A stretch of DNA of 64,000 bases from a virus (Duplodnaviria > Caudoviricetes): the IMG/VR virus record IMGVR_UViG_3300010366_000012, positions 1-64,000 of that record, one strand, 5' to 3'. Positions within the stretch are counted from its first letter, which is position 1. Every line of letters begins with the position of its first letter. The notes under the pieces were generated by a model. The model worked only from the letters and a program-made list of their open reading frames with translations. It did not search any database and was not told the DNA's origin. Below are positions 53,851 to 62,032 of the stretch, in pieces. Position numbers and translations under genes: made by a program.

Positions 53851-53887
53851 TGCCTGCTCCTTGCCCTTGCCCTTGCCTTACGGCTTC

Positions 53888-53920
53888 AGCCTACCCGGCT
53901 CCGGTCATTCTGTCAACAGT
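53888..53920 (-). promoter_or_regulatory. SigA/HrdB-type promoter within an ACTGTTGACAGAA motif
   Basis: TTGACA (53916-53911), 17 nt, TAGGCT (53893-53888). Confidence 0.8.
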
Positions 53921-53945
53921 GACCGGGCCGGGTTCCTGAATTGAT

Positions 53946-54332
53946 TTACCAGCCCCACGGGATGTCGTCGGGGTAGGGCACGTCCCCGAGGGCTTCCTTC
54001 AGCTTGGTGACCAGCTGGCAAGATTCGGAGTCCTTCCATCCGGGGTGCTCACACGACTGGTAGCTGTAGCAGCCGAGAGTCTTGGCCAGCGCGCCGCCGT
54101 CGAGCAGCTCGGTCGGCACCCAGGTGTAGGTAGTGACGTCGCTGTCGCGGAAGCCGACCGGGCCAGGCCGCCCGCCGTCCTTGTCGTGCGGGTAGCGGTA
54201 GGCCACGCTCGCCAGGCATTCCGCCCAGAGCATCCGGCCCAGCTCGTCCGGGCTCTTGCTGCTCAGCTCCCGGGCCAGGATGGCCGTGACCATCATGTCG
54301 ATGTGCTGCTTGCTGACGATCCATGCGCTCAT
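53946..54332 (-). CDS. Hypothetical phage protein
   Basis: MSAWIVSKQHID...SVAYRY...CYSYQSCEHPGW; extended SD. Confidence 0.75.
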   Translation of the reverse strand: MSAWIVSKQHIDMMVTAILARELSSKSPDELGRMLWAECLASVAYRYPHDKDGGRPGPVGFRDSDVTTYTWVPTELLDGGALAKTLGCYSYQSCEHPGWKDSESCQLVTKLKEALGDVPYPDDIPWGW

Positions 54333-54400
54333 GTCTTGCCTTCTCCTTGACGTGTCGCGCGGGGGCCGGTTGCCCGGCCCCCGCTGGGGGTCCGCGGTGC

Positions 54401-54766
54401 TTATGCCTCGCGGTAGATGACGGTCGGGTTGCCGTTGGCGTCCAGCTTGTTCGAGTCCACCTCGTAGATGTAGGCGGCATCGCCCGCGTCCCGGGCCATG
54501 ATCCCGACGCTGAGGAAGTCGAGCGGCTTGCCGTTGCTGGCGTACTCGCCCGCCTGCCAGACCACGAACTTCGCGGCCAGGTAGCTCGGGTCGTTGAAAC
54601 GGGTGTCGGACGTCTGCTCCTTCACCGCGGCGAAGAACCGCTCCAGGCTGGCCGGGACGCCATGCTGGCTGTCGGGGTAGCCGTCGCTGTGCCGGTAGAC
54701 GTTCGCCTCGGTGACGAACACGCCATCGCGCCGGTCCCCGAAGTGGATGTTGCACCTGGTGCTCAT
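54401..54766 (-). CDS. Hypothetical phage protein
   Basis: MSTR...VYRHSDGYP motif, common in phage early regions. Confidence 0.8.
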   Translation of the reverse strand: MSTRCNIHFGDRRDGVFVTEANVYRHSDGYPDSQHGVPASLERFFAAVKEQTSDTRFNDPSYLAAKFVVWQAGEYASNGKPLDFLSVGIMARDAGDAAYIYEVDSNKLDANGNPTVIYREA

Positions 54767-54801
54767 GTCTGCTCCTTGTCCTTGTCGGTGCCTTCAGCTC
54801 C

Positions 54802-54834
54802 AGCTTAATCGCCGGATGCCGTTCTGTCAACAGT
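54802..54834 (-). promoter_or_regulatory. SigA/HrdB-type promoter within an ACTGTTGACAGAA motif
   Basis: TTGACA (54830-54825), 17 nt, TAAGCT (54807-54802). Confidence 0.8.
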
Positions 54835-55104
54835 TGCGGGCTTTTTCACCATGTAATCGCGCAGCGCCGTGAGCTGGCCGGTGACGCGCTCGATCTCCAG
54901 CACTGCCGCGGCCTCCCAGCCGGGCGAGACGATCTCCAGGTGCGTATGCAGGGCATGCAGATCCTCGTAGGCGTACCGGACCACGTGCCGGGCCTCGGCC
55001 CAGTGGGACCGGCCCATCTGGCGCAGCTCGTTCTGCCAGTCCAGGCGGCGCAGGGCCTGCAGCAGGTCGTCCATGCTGGCGTCGGCCAGCAGCTTGCCGC
55101 TCAC
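54805..55104 (-). CDS. Hypothetical protein
   Basis: 99 aa, coupled to the upstream gene. Confidence 0.65.
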   Translation of the reverse strand: MSGKLLADASMDDLLQALRRLDWQNELRQMGRSHWAEARHVVRYAYEDLHALHTHLEIVSPGWEAAAVLEIERVTGQLTALRDYMVKKPATVDRTASGD

Positions 55105-55718
55105 CAGTACAGCCCGGACGGGTTCAGGTCCGTGATCATGCCGCGGACGTCGATCGGGATCAGCCCGCCCATGCCGGAGGCGTCCATCGCGGTGAAGATC
55201 TCGCCCGCGGGCCAGCCCCCGACCGGCGCGTGCGCCAGCACCGCCCAGCCGGAGGCGTCCAGCGGCTCAATCATGCGCAGGAATGCCTTCGCGGCTGGAC
55301 CCAGCTCAGCCTTCACCGCTGGGTTCAGCTCAACATCAGGGCCGCCCCCGGTGGTCGGCTGGCCCCACGTCCAGATCGAGCCCGAGCCGTGCGGCTTGTG
55401 GCCTTCCAGCCCGCGGCGCACCACGATGTAGGGCTCCCCGAGCGTGGCGGGCACGATCGTCGGGTCCACCACGATCGCATCCTCGGCGTAGCAGTCGTCC
55501 CCGAGCACGAACCAGCTGTGCTGGCTGGTGATCCCGGGCGCGGTGCCCCGGCACATTCGCCCGCGGCCGAACCGGCCGGTCCGCAGGATGGCCAGCGACA
55601 CCTCGTGGCACCGGCCCGGCCACTTCTCGATCCGGACGCCGATCTCGTCGGCAATGGCGTTCACGTTGTCCGCGGCAGCCATCGCCTGCTCCAGCGTGAG
55701 CAGCTCACCGGTCATCAT
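55101..55718 (-). CDS. Hypothetical protein
   Basis: 205 aa; 'RCHEVSLA...QHSW...VDPT' motif. Confidence 0.7.
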   Translation of the reverse strand: MMTGELLTLEQAMAAADNVNAIADEIGVRIEKWPGRCHEVSLAILRTGRFGRGRMCRGTAPGITSQHSWFVLGDDCYAEDAIVVDPTIVPATLGEPYIVVRRGLEGHKPHGSGSIWTWGQPTTGGGPDVELNPAVKAELGPAAKAFLRMIEPLDASGWAVLAHAPVGGWPAGEIFTAMDASGMGGLIPIDVRGMITDLNPSGLYW

Positions 55719-56211
55719 CGTCGGCCACCTCCACCACTCCGCGGAACGTGCCCTCGGGCAGTGTCCCGTCCAGCACCCGCAGGTGCTTCAGCGTCCCTGC
55801 CGTAGTGATCACGATCTCAACCGTGAACCTCGACTGCGGCAGCTCGGATGCCCGGGGGTCGGCGTTCGTCACGCCCTCGGCCGGGTAGATGCGGAACTTG
55901 CAGGCCGGGTGCTGCGTGCGGAACCGCTTCAGCTGGGTGTAGGCCGCCTGCAGCCTGGCTGGCGTGGCGTCCGGCCGGATGCGGTCATTGATCAGCATGG
56001 ACCCGGTGGGCTCCAGCAGCTCCATGAGCTGGCGGGCCGCGCGGGCGGGCTTGGGCCAGGAGGCCCAGCCGTCGCTGCAGCCGTTCGCCCCGGCCATCAG
56101 CGACCGCAGCGTCAGCACCGCGGGGCCGAGCACCGGGTGATGCTCGGACGGCGGGCCGGACCGGAACAGCATTTCGGCCCGCTCGATGTCGTGCTCGTTC
56201 ATGTACTTCAT
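55705..56211 (-). CDS. Hypothetical actinophage protein
   Basis: 'ANGCSDGWASWPKPARAA' motif; extended SD. Confidence 0.7.
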   Translation of the reverse strand: MKYMNEHDIERAEMLFRSGPPSEHHPVLGPAVLTLRSLMAGANGCSDGWASWPKPARAARQLMELLEPTGSMLINDRIRPDATPARLQAAYTQLKRFRTQHPACKFRIYPAEGVTNADPRASELPQSRFTVEIVITTAGTLKHLRVLDGTLPEGTFRGVVEVADDDDR

Positions 56212-56213
56212 GG

Positions 56214-56450
56214 CTATGCCCTCTCCTGCTTCTTCGCGTCCGCGGACTCAGCCCGTGAGGCTGTCATCGGGTCCACCGTGGCCAGGGTCGCGTGGACCTG
56301 GGCGGCCAGCAGCATGTTCCGGGTGCAGACGTAATGCACATCGTCGCTGTAGTGGCCATCCAGCTCGCAGTAGCTGTTGTGCTCGTGCGTGCGGACCTTC
56401 TCCAGCAGCCCCTCGGCCGCCCGGTAGTGGTTGTGCGGCATCAGCGCCAT
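56214..56450 (-). CDS. Hypothetical protein
   Basis: 78 aa; 'LAAQVHATLA' motif. Confidence 0.65.
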   Translation of the reverse strand: MALMPHNHYRAAEGLLEKVRTHEHNSYCELDGHYSDDVHYVCTRNMLLAAQVHATLATVDPMTASRAESADAKKQERA

Positions 56451-56452
56451 GG

Positions 56453-56878
56453 TTACCGCCTCGCCTTCAGCGGCGTGCGCACGCCCGCGATCCGGGCCTC
56501 GACGCCTGCCGGGCTCATGTTCTCCGCGCTCGCCAGCGTGCCCTCATACACCGCGGTCACCCGCGGGTAGCACACCCGCGCGATCACGTGGGGCATGAGC
56601 AGCTCGGCCGCGGCGATGGCGCACTGGATGGCCGCCTCGGTGTCGTCCGGGTGGACCTGCAGCGAGGCGTCGGTGATGCCGACCGTCAGCCGGTCGATGA
56701 ACGCCTCGTGCTCGGCCCAGGTGCTGTGCCCCTCGCACGGGGCCGCGCCCTCGCGCACGCCCGCCAGGAAATCGGCGGCGTCGATCAGGGTGCCATCGGC
56801 CAGGCCGCGCTGGATCGCAGCGGCCAGCTCCGCGTCGGTCGGGTTGGCCGGGTCGGCCACATACGGGCTCTTGTCCAT
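56453..56878 (-). CDS. Hypothetical protein
   Basis: Extended SD and promoter upstream; 141 aa. Confidence 0.75.
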   Translation of the reverse strand: MDKSPYVADPANPTDAELAAAIQRGLADGTLIDAADFLAGVREGAAPCEGHSTWAEHEAFIDRLTVGITDASLQVHPDDTEAAIQCAIAAAELLMPHVIARVCYPRVTAVYEGTLASAENMSPAGVEARIAGVRTPLKARR

Positions 56879-56903
56879 TGCCTTCTCCTTGCCCTTGCTT
56901 GCC

Positions 56904-56942
56904 TTCTGTCAACAGTGTAGCAGACACCGCCGACATTCTCAA
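56904..56942 (-). promoter_or_regulatory. Promoter with the ACTGTTGACAGAA motif overlapping -10/+1
   Basis: TTGAGA (56942-56937), 17 nt, TACACT (56919-56914); motif at 56904-56916. Confidence 0.7.
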
Positions 56943-56947
56943 CCGGT

Positions 56948-57130
56948 TTACCGCAGCGTCCGGCCGCCGATGATTTGCGCGCGGATGGACTCCAGGTCAT
57001 CCGGATCGCCCGTGCCCGCGGTGATCGCCTTGGCCTTGCACTCCGCGCACGCCTGCCGGACCTGCCAGCGGCGCGCGTCCAGCTGGCAGATCCGGTGGTA
57101 GCCCTCGATCGGGACGTAGGCGTGCCTCAC
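56948..57130 (-). CDS. Hypothetical protein with CxxC
   Basis: GTG start coupled to the upstream stop; MRHAYVPIEG... Confidence 0.5.
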   Translation of the reverse strand: MRHAYVPIEGYHRICQLDARRWQVRQACAECKAKAITAGTGDPDDLESIRAQIIGGRTLR

Positions 57131-57249
57131 AGCCCCAGCCCCCACAGCCACTGCATGGCGCGGTGGTAGCGCCGGGCGAACGGGGAGGTGGCCTCCCCGG
57201 CCGCGATGAAGTGCCCGCGCCAGTGCTTGCCGATCCAGCGGGTGATCAT
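57127..57249 (-). CDS. Small hypothetical protein (40 aa)
   Basis: Read by hand: MITRWIGKHWRGHFIAAGEATSPFARRYHRAMQWLWGLGL; coupled at both ends. Confidence 0.5.
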   Translation of the reverse strand: MITRWIGKHWRGHFIAAGEATSPFARRYHRAMQWLWGLGL

Positions 57250-57674
57250 GACTGCTCCTTCCCGAACTCATAGCCCGCCTCCCACAGCCGCCGCAGCAGC
57301 TCTGTAGCCTGCGTGCGGAAGGCCAGGCTCCGGGTGCCCTGGTGCTCGGCCAGCTCGATGAGCTGGTGAATCGCCTCGGTGGTGTTCATGCCGGGCTTGG
57401 GCAGCTTGCTGAGGAAGCCGTAGCCCTTCAGGTAGTCCAGGCCCTCGGCCCGCAGCCGGTACAGCGTGGCCCCGCGGCTGGTCTTGGACTGCACGTAGCG
57501 CCGCTCGATCAGCAGCCCGGCCGTCCTGTCGATGTCGCCCAGCTCCCACGTGGCCAGGCTGTCGTGCGCCCTGCGCAGGCTCGCGGCAGCCGTCCAGTGC
57601 TCGCCTTCCTCGCGGATCGCGCCCAGCAGGATGAACTCCTGGGGGCTCACTTCGCCCTTGGCCTCGACGCTCAT
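57246..57674 (-). CDS. Winged-helix DNA-binding-like protein
   Basis: ILLGAIRE...AGLLIERRYVQ...LYRLRAEGLDYL (PadR/MarR-like pattern). Confidence 0.65.
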   Translation of the reverse strand: MSVEAKGEVSPQEFILLGAIREEGEHWTAAASLRRAHDSLATWELGDIDRTAGLLIERRYVQSKTSRGATLYRLRAEGLDYLKGYGFLSKLPKPGMNTTEAIHQLIELAEHQGTRSLAFRTQATELLRRLWEAGYEFGKEQS

Positions 57675-58255
57675 GACTGCTCTCCATCCATAATCCGGCC
57701 GATCGCCTCAGCGTTCGCGGTCAGCTCTGCCGAGAGCTGCTGCCCGGCCTGCCGGGCTGCCCGGCGCTTCTCGTCCGGGCTCAGCTCACCAAACTTCCGG
57801 TCCGCCCAATCGACCGGCCGGTTGTCCTCGCAGGCCACCAGCTCCAGATCGAAGCTGGCCGTGTCGTGCCCGCGGGTGATCCGGTAGCGCCACGCCTGCA
57901 GCAGCCGGTCCGTGCCGATCTCGCGCCGGTCGAGGCAGAACTCAGTCTCCCCGTCCCGCGCGGCCTGCCCGGCGAACTTGCTCGCCTGGTACCAGTCGGT
58001 CACGCCCGCGGCGCACCGCAGGTTGGTGAGCAGCTGCTCGACCGCCCCGGCCCACGCCTTCGCCTGCTTCAGCGTGGCGTAGTTCCCCAGGCTGGTGAAG
58101 CTCTTGGGCTGGTCGGCCAGCCACGTCTCTAGCCACCAGCGGTTGCCGGTGTGGGTCTTGCCGATCGCGTAGGCGTGCCCGTGCTCGCTGCGGCTGCCGC
58201 CGTAAACAGTCACGTGGCTGCCGGTGCTCGCCCGGGTCCATCCATCCTTGCTCAT
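57671..58255 (-). CDS. Hypothetical protein
   Basis: Extended SD AAGGAGAAGGCA before ATG 58255. Confidence 0.7.
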   Translation of the reverse strand: MSKDGWTRASTGSHVTVYGGSRSEHGHAYAIGKTHTGNRWWLETWLADQPKSFTSLGNYATLKQAKAWAGAVEQLLTNLRCAAGVTDWYQASKFAGQAARDGETEFCLDRREIGTDRLLQAWRYRITRGHDTASFDLELVACEDNRPVDWADRKFGELSPDEKRRAARQAGQQLSAELTANAEAIGRIMDGEQS

Positions 58256-58551
58256 TGCCTTCTCCTTGCCCTGTCTGCCTTGCACGTCCAGTCTAATGCC
58301 CCCGCGGGCATTCTGTCAACAGTGAATGAGCCGTGATCGCAGGTGACCCGGTAGCTTTCGTCTGCCGCGGCGAAGCCCCAGGTGCGCGCATCGCCCATGA
58401 TCGGGTTGGGGGCACCTCCGGGGTAGGTGGCCCGCAGGACGTGGAATCGGTACGTGCCCTGGTCCCTAGCCGACTTGGCGATCGTGGTGGCCTGGTAGCG
58501 GTTCAGCTCCAGCTGCTCGCACAGGTGCGCGATCAGCTCGGCGCGGTTCAT
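58252..58551 (-). CDS. Hypothetical protein
   Basis: MNRAELIAHL...; coupled at both ends. Confidence 0.55.
   Translation of the reverse strand: MNRAELIAHLCEQLELNRYQATTIAKSARDQGTYRFHVLRATYPGGAPNPIMGDARTWGFAAADESYRVTCDHGSFTVDRMPAGALDWTCKADRARRRQ
58290..58323 (-). promoter_or_regulatory. SigA/HrdB-type promoter within an ACTGTTGACAGAA motif
   Basis: TTGACA (58319-58314), 18 nt, TAGACT (58295-58290). Confidence 0.75.
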
Positions 58552-58745
58552 GACCCCACCTGATAGCTCTTGTCGCACGAGACGCACACCACGCCGAGGA
58601 ACGCCCCGGTGCGTGCCTGGAAGATCCGTGCCGACACCATCGGCTTGCCGCAGTCCGGGCACGGGATCGCCAGGGCGTCCAGCTTGGCGCGCACCTCATC
58701 GACCAGCTCAGCCGGTGCCACGTCGCGCCCGCCAACGGCGGTCAT
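58548..58745 (-). CDS. Zinc-ribbon protein
   Basis: CPDC...CVSC. Confidence 0.6.
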   Translation of the reverse strand: MTAVGGRDVAPAELVDEVRAKLDALAIPCPDCGKPMVSARIFQARTGAFLGVVCVSCDKSYQVGS

Positions 58746-59023
58746 GACTGCGCCCGCTTCCGGGCTGCGGCGCGGGCCGCATTCAGCCCGACCCTCGCGT
58801 AGCTCAGGTCGCGCGGGCTGCGGGTGATGTCGGCCGCCCAGCCGCTGCGCTCGATGCACCGGCACCGGGCCGGGGCCGCATCGTACTGCGCCCGGGTGAC
58901 ATACGCCGGGACGATCCGCCCGGATGCCAGGCCCGAGCGGCCGGGGCCGCCCGAGCAGTCCAGGCGGCGGTGCAGCATGCCGCTCTTACCCTGCCAGACC
59001 GTCATGGTCCTCTGTGCTGCCAT
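58742..59023 (-). CDS. Hypothetical basic protein
   Basis: Extended SD; H..LDC...CRC motif. Confidence 0.7.
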   Translation of the reverse strand: MAAQRTMTVWQGKSGMLHRRLDCSGGPGRSGLASGRIVPAYVTRAQYDAAPARCRCIERSGWAADITRSPRDLSYARVGLNAARAAARKRAQS

Positions 59024-59075
59024 TGCCTTCTCCTGAAAAGTCTTACGCGGGGGGCCGGAGCCCCCCGCTGGGGTG

Positions 59076-59396
59076 TTAGTTCTGCTGGCCGGTCAGGTAC
59101 TCGTCCCAGCTCCGGCCGCTGGCGATCACGCTGGCGTAGATCCGGGCGTCCTCGGGGCTGCCGCCCCCGGCCACCCAGCTCATGCCCGCCTCGGCGTAGA
59201 TCTCGGCGCGCTGCTCAGCCTGCAGCTGTGCGCTCACCGCGTAGCAGGCCCGGACCGCGGCCACGCTCTCGTGCCGGATCGTCCAGCTCAGATCGCGCGG
59301 GTGGTTGCCGCAGCGGATGCCAGTCTCGGTGTCCTCCGGCAGCCCGAAGCTGTCGTAGTTGTAGCCGCCCTGCTCGTCCCGCTCCAGGTCGATCAT
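59076..59396 (-). CDS. Hypothetical protein
   Basis: 106 aa; promoter upstream. Confidence 0.75.
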   Translation of the reverse strand: MIDLERDEQGGYNYDSFGLPEDTETGIRCGNHPRDLSWTIRHESVAAVRACYAVSAQLQAEQRAEIYAEAGMSWVAGGGSPEDARIYASVIASGRSWDEYLTGQQN

Positions 59397-59437
59397 GTCT
59401 GCCTGTCTCCCTTGCCTTGTCCCTGTCTTACGGCTCC

Positions 59438-59470
59438 AGTCTACTTGGCAGAATCCATTCTGTCAACAGT
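59438..59470 (-). promoter_or_regulatory. SigA/HrdB-type promoter with an inverted-repeat operator
   Basis: TTGACA (59466-59461), 17 nt, TAGACT (59443-59438); inverted repeat TTGGCAGAAT-CC-ATTCTGTCAA. Confidence 0.8.
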
Positions 59471-59482
59471 CTGGCCGGGCTG

Positions 59483-59746
59483 CTATTTCGCACTCCGGGG
59501 GATGTAGCTCAGCCAGGTGACGCCATCGTTGAGCATCGACGTCATCGCCTCGCGGGTCATCACGGCGATCTCGGTGCGCTCGCCCGGGTACAGCTCGTGG
59601 TCCTCGTCCGGCGTCCAGCTGAACGAGCCCGCGCGCAGCTTCTCCGGCTCGCGGATGCGGTACAGCGCGAAGGTATGCAGGTTCTCGCCCTTGTCGGCGT
59701 CCTGCTCCGGCTCGAACCGGTAGGTGGTCTTGATCCGTCGTTCCAT
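59483..59746 (-). CDS. Hypothetical protein
   Basis: 87 aa; extended SD AGGAGCAGGCA. Confidence 0.7.
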   Translation of the reverse strand: MERRIKTTYRFEPEQDADKGENLHTFALYRIREPEKLRAGSFSWTPDEDHELYPGERTEIAVMTREAMTSMLNDGVTWLSYIPRSAK

Positions 59747-59765
59747 TGCCTGCTCCTGTGCCTTG

Positions 59766-60539
59766 TCGGTGGTGCGCTCTCCCTGGACCGGGCTGGCGGT
59801 GCAGAGGTCGTCGGGGGTTGGCTATCCCGCTGAGGTGCGTGCCAGTGTCAGGTTGCCCCGCCTGCCCGCATGCCGCGGGCGGTTCGGAGCCCGGCTAGCG
59901 AGCGCCGGGGCAGCTGCCCTCAGTTCGGGCTGCGGCCAGCCCCCCGGGCAACGCGATGCCGGTGGCGGCTATGCCGTCCGCAGCCCTCCCCCGGCCAAGC
60001 CGTGGCCGGTATGCCCTCTTAATCTCCGTGAGTCCTCACGGCCAGTGGGGCCTAGCTTCGGGAGTGATCCCGAACTGAAGGCAGCTGCCGAGAGGATCGA
60101 GCTGCTGGCTGCGTGCGTACACACTGACTGCCCGGCGTCTGTGACCGGCCACCAGCTAAGGGCGGTGCCCGCTCGATCGTCTCGGTGAGGGGGCCAGGGG
60201 ATACCGCACCCCTGCCCTTGGGCGGGGGCTCTATCAGCCCTTGCGGGCTGGCGGCGACTTAGCTCCTTAGCAACCTGCCCCGCGCTCGCGTTCTCCCGCG
60301 GCCAGCAGGTGGGCCGGTGTTTTCCCTGGTCCCCTCAGGCGAGAGAGCCGGACCCGTGTTCCGCACGTTAACCCCCGATTACCGCCCCGCCGTTGCGGGC
60401 TCTCGCAGCAGTGCCTGCCCCTGGCTGGGTTAGCCATCCGAAGATGCAAGGTTCCCCAGTGCGGCGCGCTTACCCTTTCATCGGGTGCCGTACCGCCGTT
60501 CTGACGGTCCGGCTCTCTCGCTGTCCTCTATGCTGTTGT
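59766..60539 (-). ncRNA. Candidate large structured non-coding RNA (~780 nt)
   Basis: No credible ORF; promoter directly upstream; long stems 60506-60521/60339-60354 (16 bp perfect), 60069-60089/59909-59929 (21 bp) and 60088-60102/60171-60185; UUCG and GCAA tetraloop hairpins on the - strand. Confidence 0.65.
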
Positions 60540-60545
60540 ACTTAC

Positions 60546-60579
60546 AGCTTAGTCGGTGAATTGGGATTCTGTCAACAGT
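60546..60579 (-). promoter_or_regulatory. SigA/HrdB-type promoter carrying both repeated motifs
   Basis: TTGACA (60575-60570), 18 nt, TAAGCT (60551-60546); TGTAAGTACA overlaps the -10 and start region. Confidence 0.8.
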
Positions 60580-60817
60580 TGCGGTCCTTTCCAGGTATGA
60601 CCTGCGTCACACCCTGCCGCGGCCGAGCCCAGCGGCGCTGGCCGCGGCCCTCGCCCTCGCGGTTGTCCCGCGCCCGGCTGCCCATGCCCGGCCGTGGCCG
60701 GAACACCGGACGCCGCTGGCTGATCCAGTCTGTCCCGTTGTGCTTCCGCTGGTGCGCCTCGAAGAGCGCATCGACCACCGGACGATTGCAGTCCGGGCAG
60801 GTGATGTACCCCTTCAC
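60572..60817 (-). CDS. Small C2H2-like zinc-finger protein
   Basis: CPDC...EAHQRKH. Confidence 0.55.
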   Translation of the reverse strand: MKGYITCPDCNRPVVDALFEAHQRKHNGTDWISQRRPVFRPRPGMGSRARDNREGEGRGQRRWARPRQGVTQVIPGKDRNC

Positions 60818-60823
60818 CCATTA

Positions 60824-60958
60824 TCACGCGGCCACAATCTCGATGTCGTAGCCCTGGCTCTCCACCAGCTCGGCCAGCGCGTCGATCTCGAACGCGGTCC
60901 AGGTGTCCTGGCCGTCCGCGTCCTCCCAGTAGGCCCCGTCCGCGATTATCTGAAACAT
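60824..60958 (-). CDS. Small acidic protein (44 aa)
   Basis: Read by hand: MFQIIADGAYWEDADGQDTWTAFEIDALAELVESQGYDIEIVAA; extended SD and promoter upstream. Confidence 0.7.
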   Translation of the reverse strand: MFQIIADGAYWEDADGQDTWTAFEIDALAELVESQGYDIEIVAA

Positions 60959-60980
60959 CTGCCTTCTCCTTGTCCGTGCC

Positions 60981-61019
60981 TTCTGTCAACAGTCTACGTT
61001 ATCGCAGCTCAGAAGGCAA
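60981..61019 (-). promoter_or_regulatory. Promoter with the ACTGTTGACAGAA motif overlapping -10/+1
   Basis: TTGCCT (61019-61014), 17 nt, TAGACT (60996-60991); motif at 60981-60993. Confidence 0.7.
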
Positions 61020-61308
61020 ATCGCCGCCCGGCCCCAAACGCCTAGGAGGGACCGGGCGGCTCAGCCTGGCCGGGGCAGCAAACTACGTTCCCGAGAGTCG
61101 CCTGAATCTCTGACAGCATGTCCGCTGTACTTGGTTGGTTGTTAGCTTGGCCAGGCTGTACTGACAGCGTAGCCTGGTCGATGCACCGCGTAAGCGGGGC
61201 AGGGCCATCAGCCCGGCCGCGCCTCTCGTGGTCAACCGTGAAAAGCGCCAGGCACCTGGCGGCTGCCGGGGGTTCCCGCTCTAGCGCTCGGGAGCCCCCG
61301 GTCACGTT

Positions 61309-61584
61309 TCACCGGTTCGGCCCGCCGATCGACGGACCCTGGTAGACCACCCGGACCGGGGCGTCCTCCCCGGTGACTGCCACCCGCTGCAGTGGGCGCA
61401 GCGGCCCCGGCCCTCCGGTATCCCACGGGCGGTGCCTTCCCTGGCCGCGCCATGCCGAATCCAGGCCGTTAGGCCGCGGCGGCTGGCACATCCGCTGCGG
61501 GCATGTCGTCCAGCCGGGACAGCAGCCCAGGCAGTGCTTGCCGTCCGGGTCGCAGGACGGGTGCTCGGGCAGCTCGTCAGGCAC
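61309..61584 (-). CDS. Cys-rich hypothetical protein
   Basis: C..DGKHCLGCC...C...C; start overlaps the upstream gene. Confidence 0.45.
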   Translation of the reverse strand: MPDELPEHPSCDPDGKHCLGCCPGWTTCPQRMCQPPRPNGLDSAWRGQGRHRPWDTGGPGPLRPLQRVAVTGEDAPVRVVYQGPSIGGPNR

Positions 61585-62032
61585 CGGGGTACCCCTGCTC
61601 AGCCTCGGCCTGGTCCTCCAGGTGCCACTCGGCGTTGGGGCAGCTGCCGTCCGCGCGCAGCGGGATGAGGCAGCGGTGCGGGTGGCTGCCCGCCACCCAG
61701 TCGGTGCAGTAGCCGCGCTCGGCCTCGGCTGCCAGCCCGTTCAGATCTTCCCCGGTGAGGAACCGGCCGCTGGCCGTGGTCCGCTCCCTGATCAGCGGGA
61801 GCAGCCGCTCGCCATCCGCGGTCAGCTGGTAGCGGGTCTGCTTGGGCATGCTCTCGATCGACACCAGCCCGATGCGCTTCAGCTGCCCGGCCATCCTGCT
61901 GACCATCTGCCAGGTCCAGGTGAGCTGCCCGGCCAGCGCCTGCGGCGTGACCGTGTTGCGGCCGAGCACGGTGATGAACCGCGCCTCGTGGGCGGTCAGC
62001 AGGTCGAGAGTGCCATCGTCTGCCGCGGTCAT
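61577..62032 (-). CDS. MarR-like winged-helix protein with a C-terminal Cys/His module
   Basis: VTPQALAGQL...VSRMAGQLKRIGLVS...RYQLTADGERL. Confidence 0.75.
   Translation of the reverse strand: MTAADDGTLDLLTAHEARFITVLGRNTVTPQALAGQLTWTWQMVSRMAGQLKRIGLVSIESMPKQTRYQLTADGERLLPLIRERTTASGRFLTGEDLNGLAAEAERGYCTDWVAGSHPHRCLIPLRADGSCPNAEWHLEDQAEAEQGYPGA

Larger units (their letters stand above)
3829..61166. promoter_or_regulatory. Dispersed 10-bp motif TGT(A/C)AGTACA, candidate operator; 9 copies seen
   Basis: + strand at 3829, 4182, 19925, 19944, 44509, 50291; - strand at 50532, 60537, 61157. Nearly all intergenic or at gene ends; one overlaps a -10 box. Confidence 0.7.

Noticed and set aside
59766-60539. 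Identification of the structured region as RNase P RNA, tmRNA, a tRNA cluster or a group II intron
   Set aside because: No GAGGAAAGUCC, tRNA-like ends, T-loop/CCA or correctly placed domain V was found. A GAGCCG...UACGG stretch near 60490-60515 sits at the 5' end and is part of another stem.
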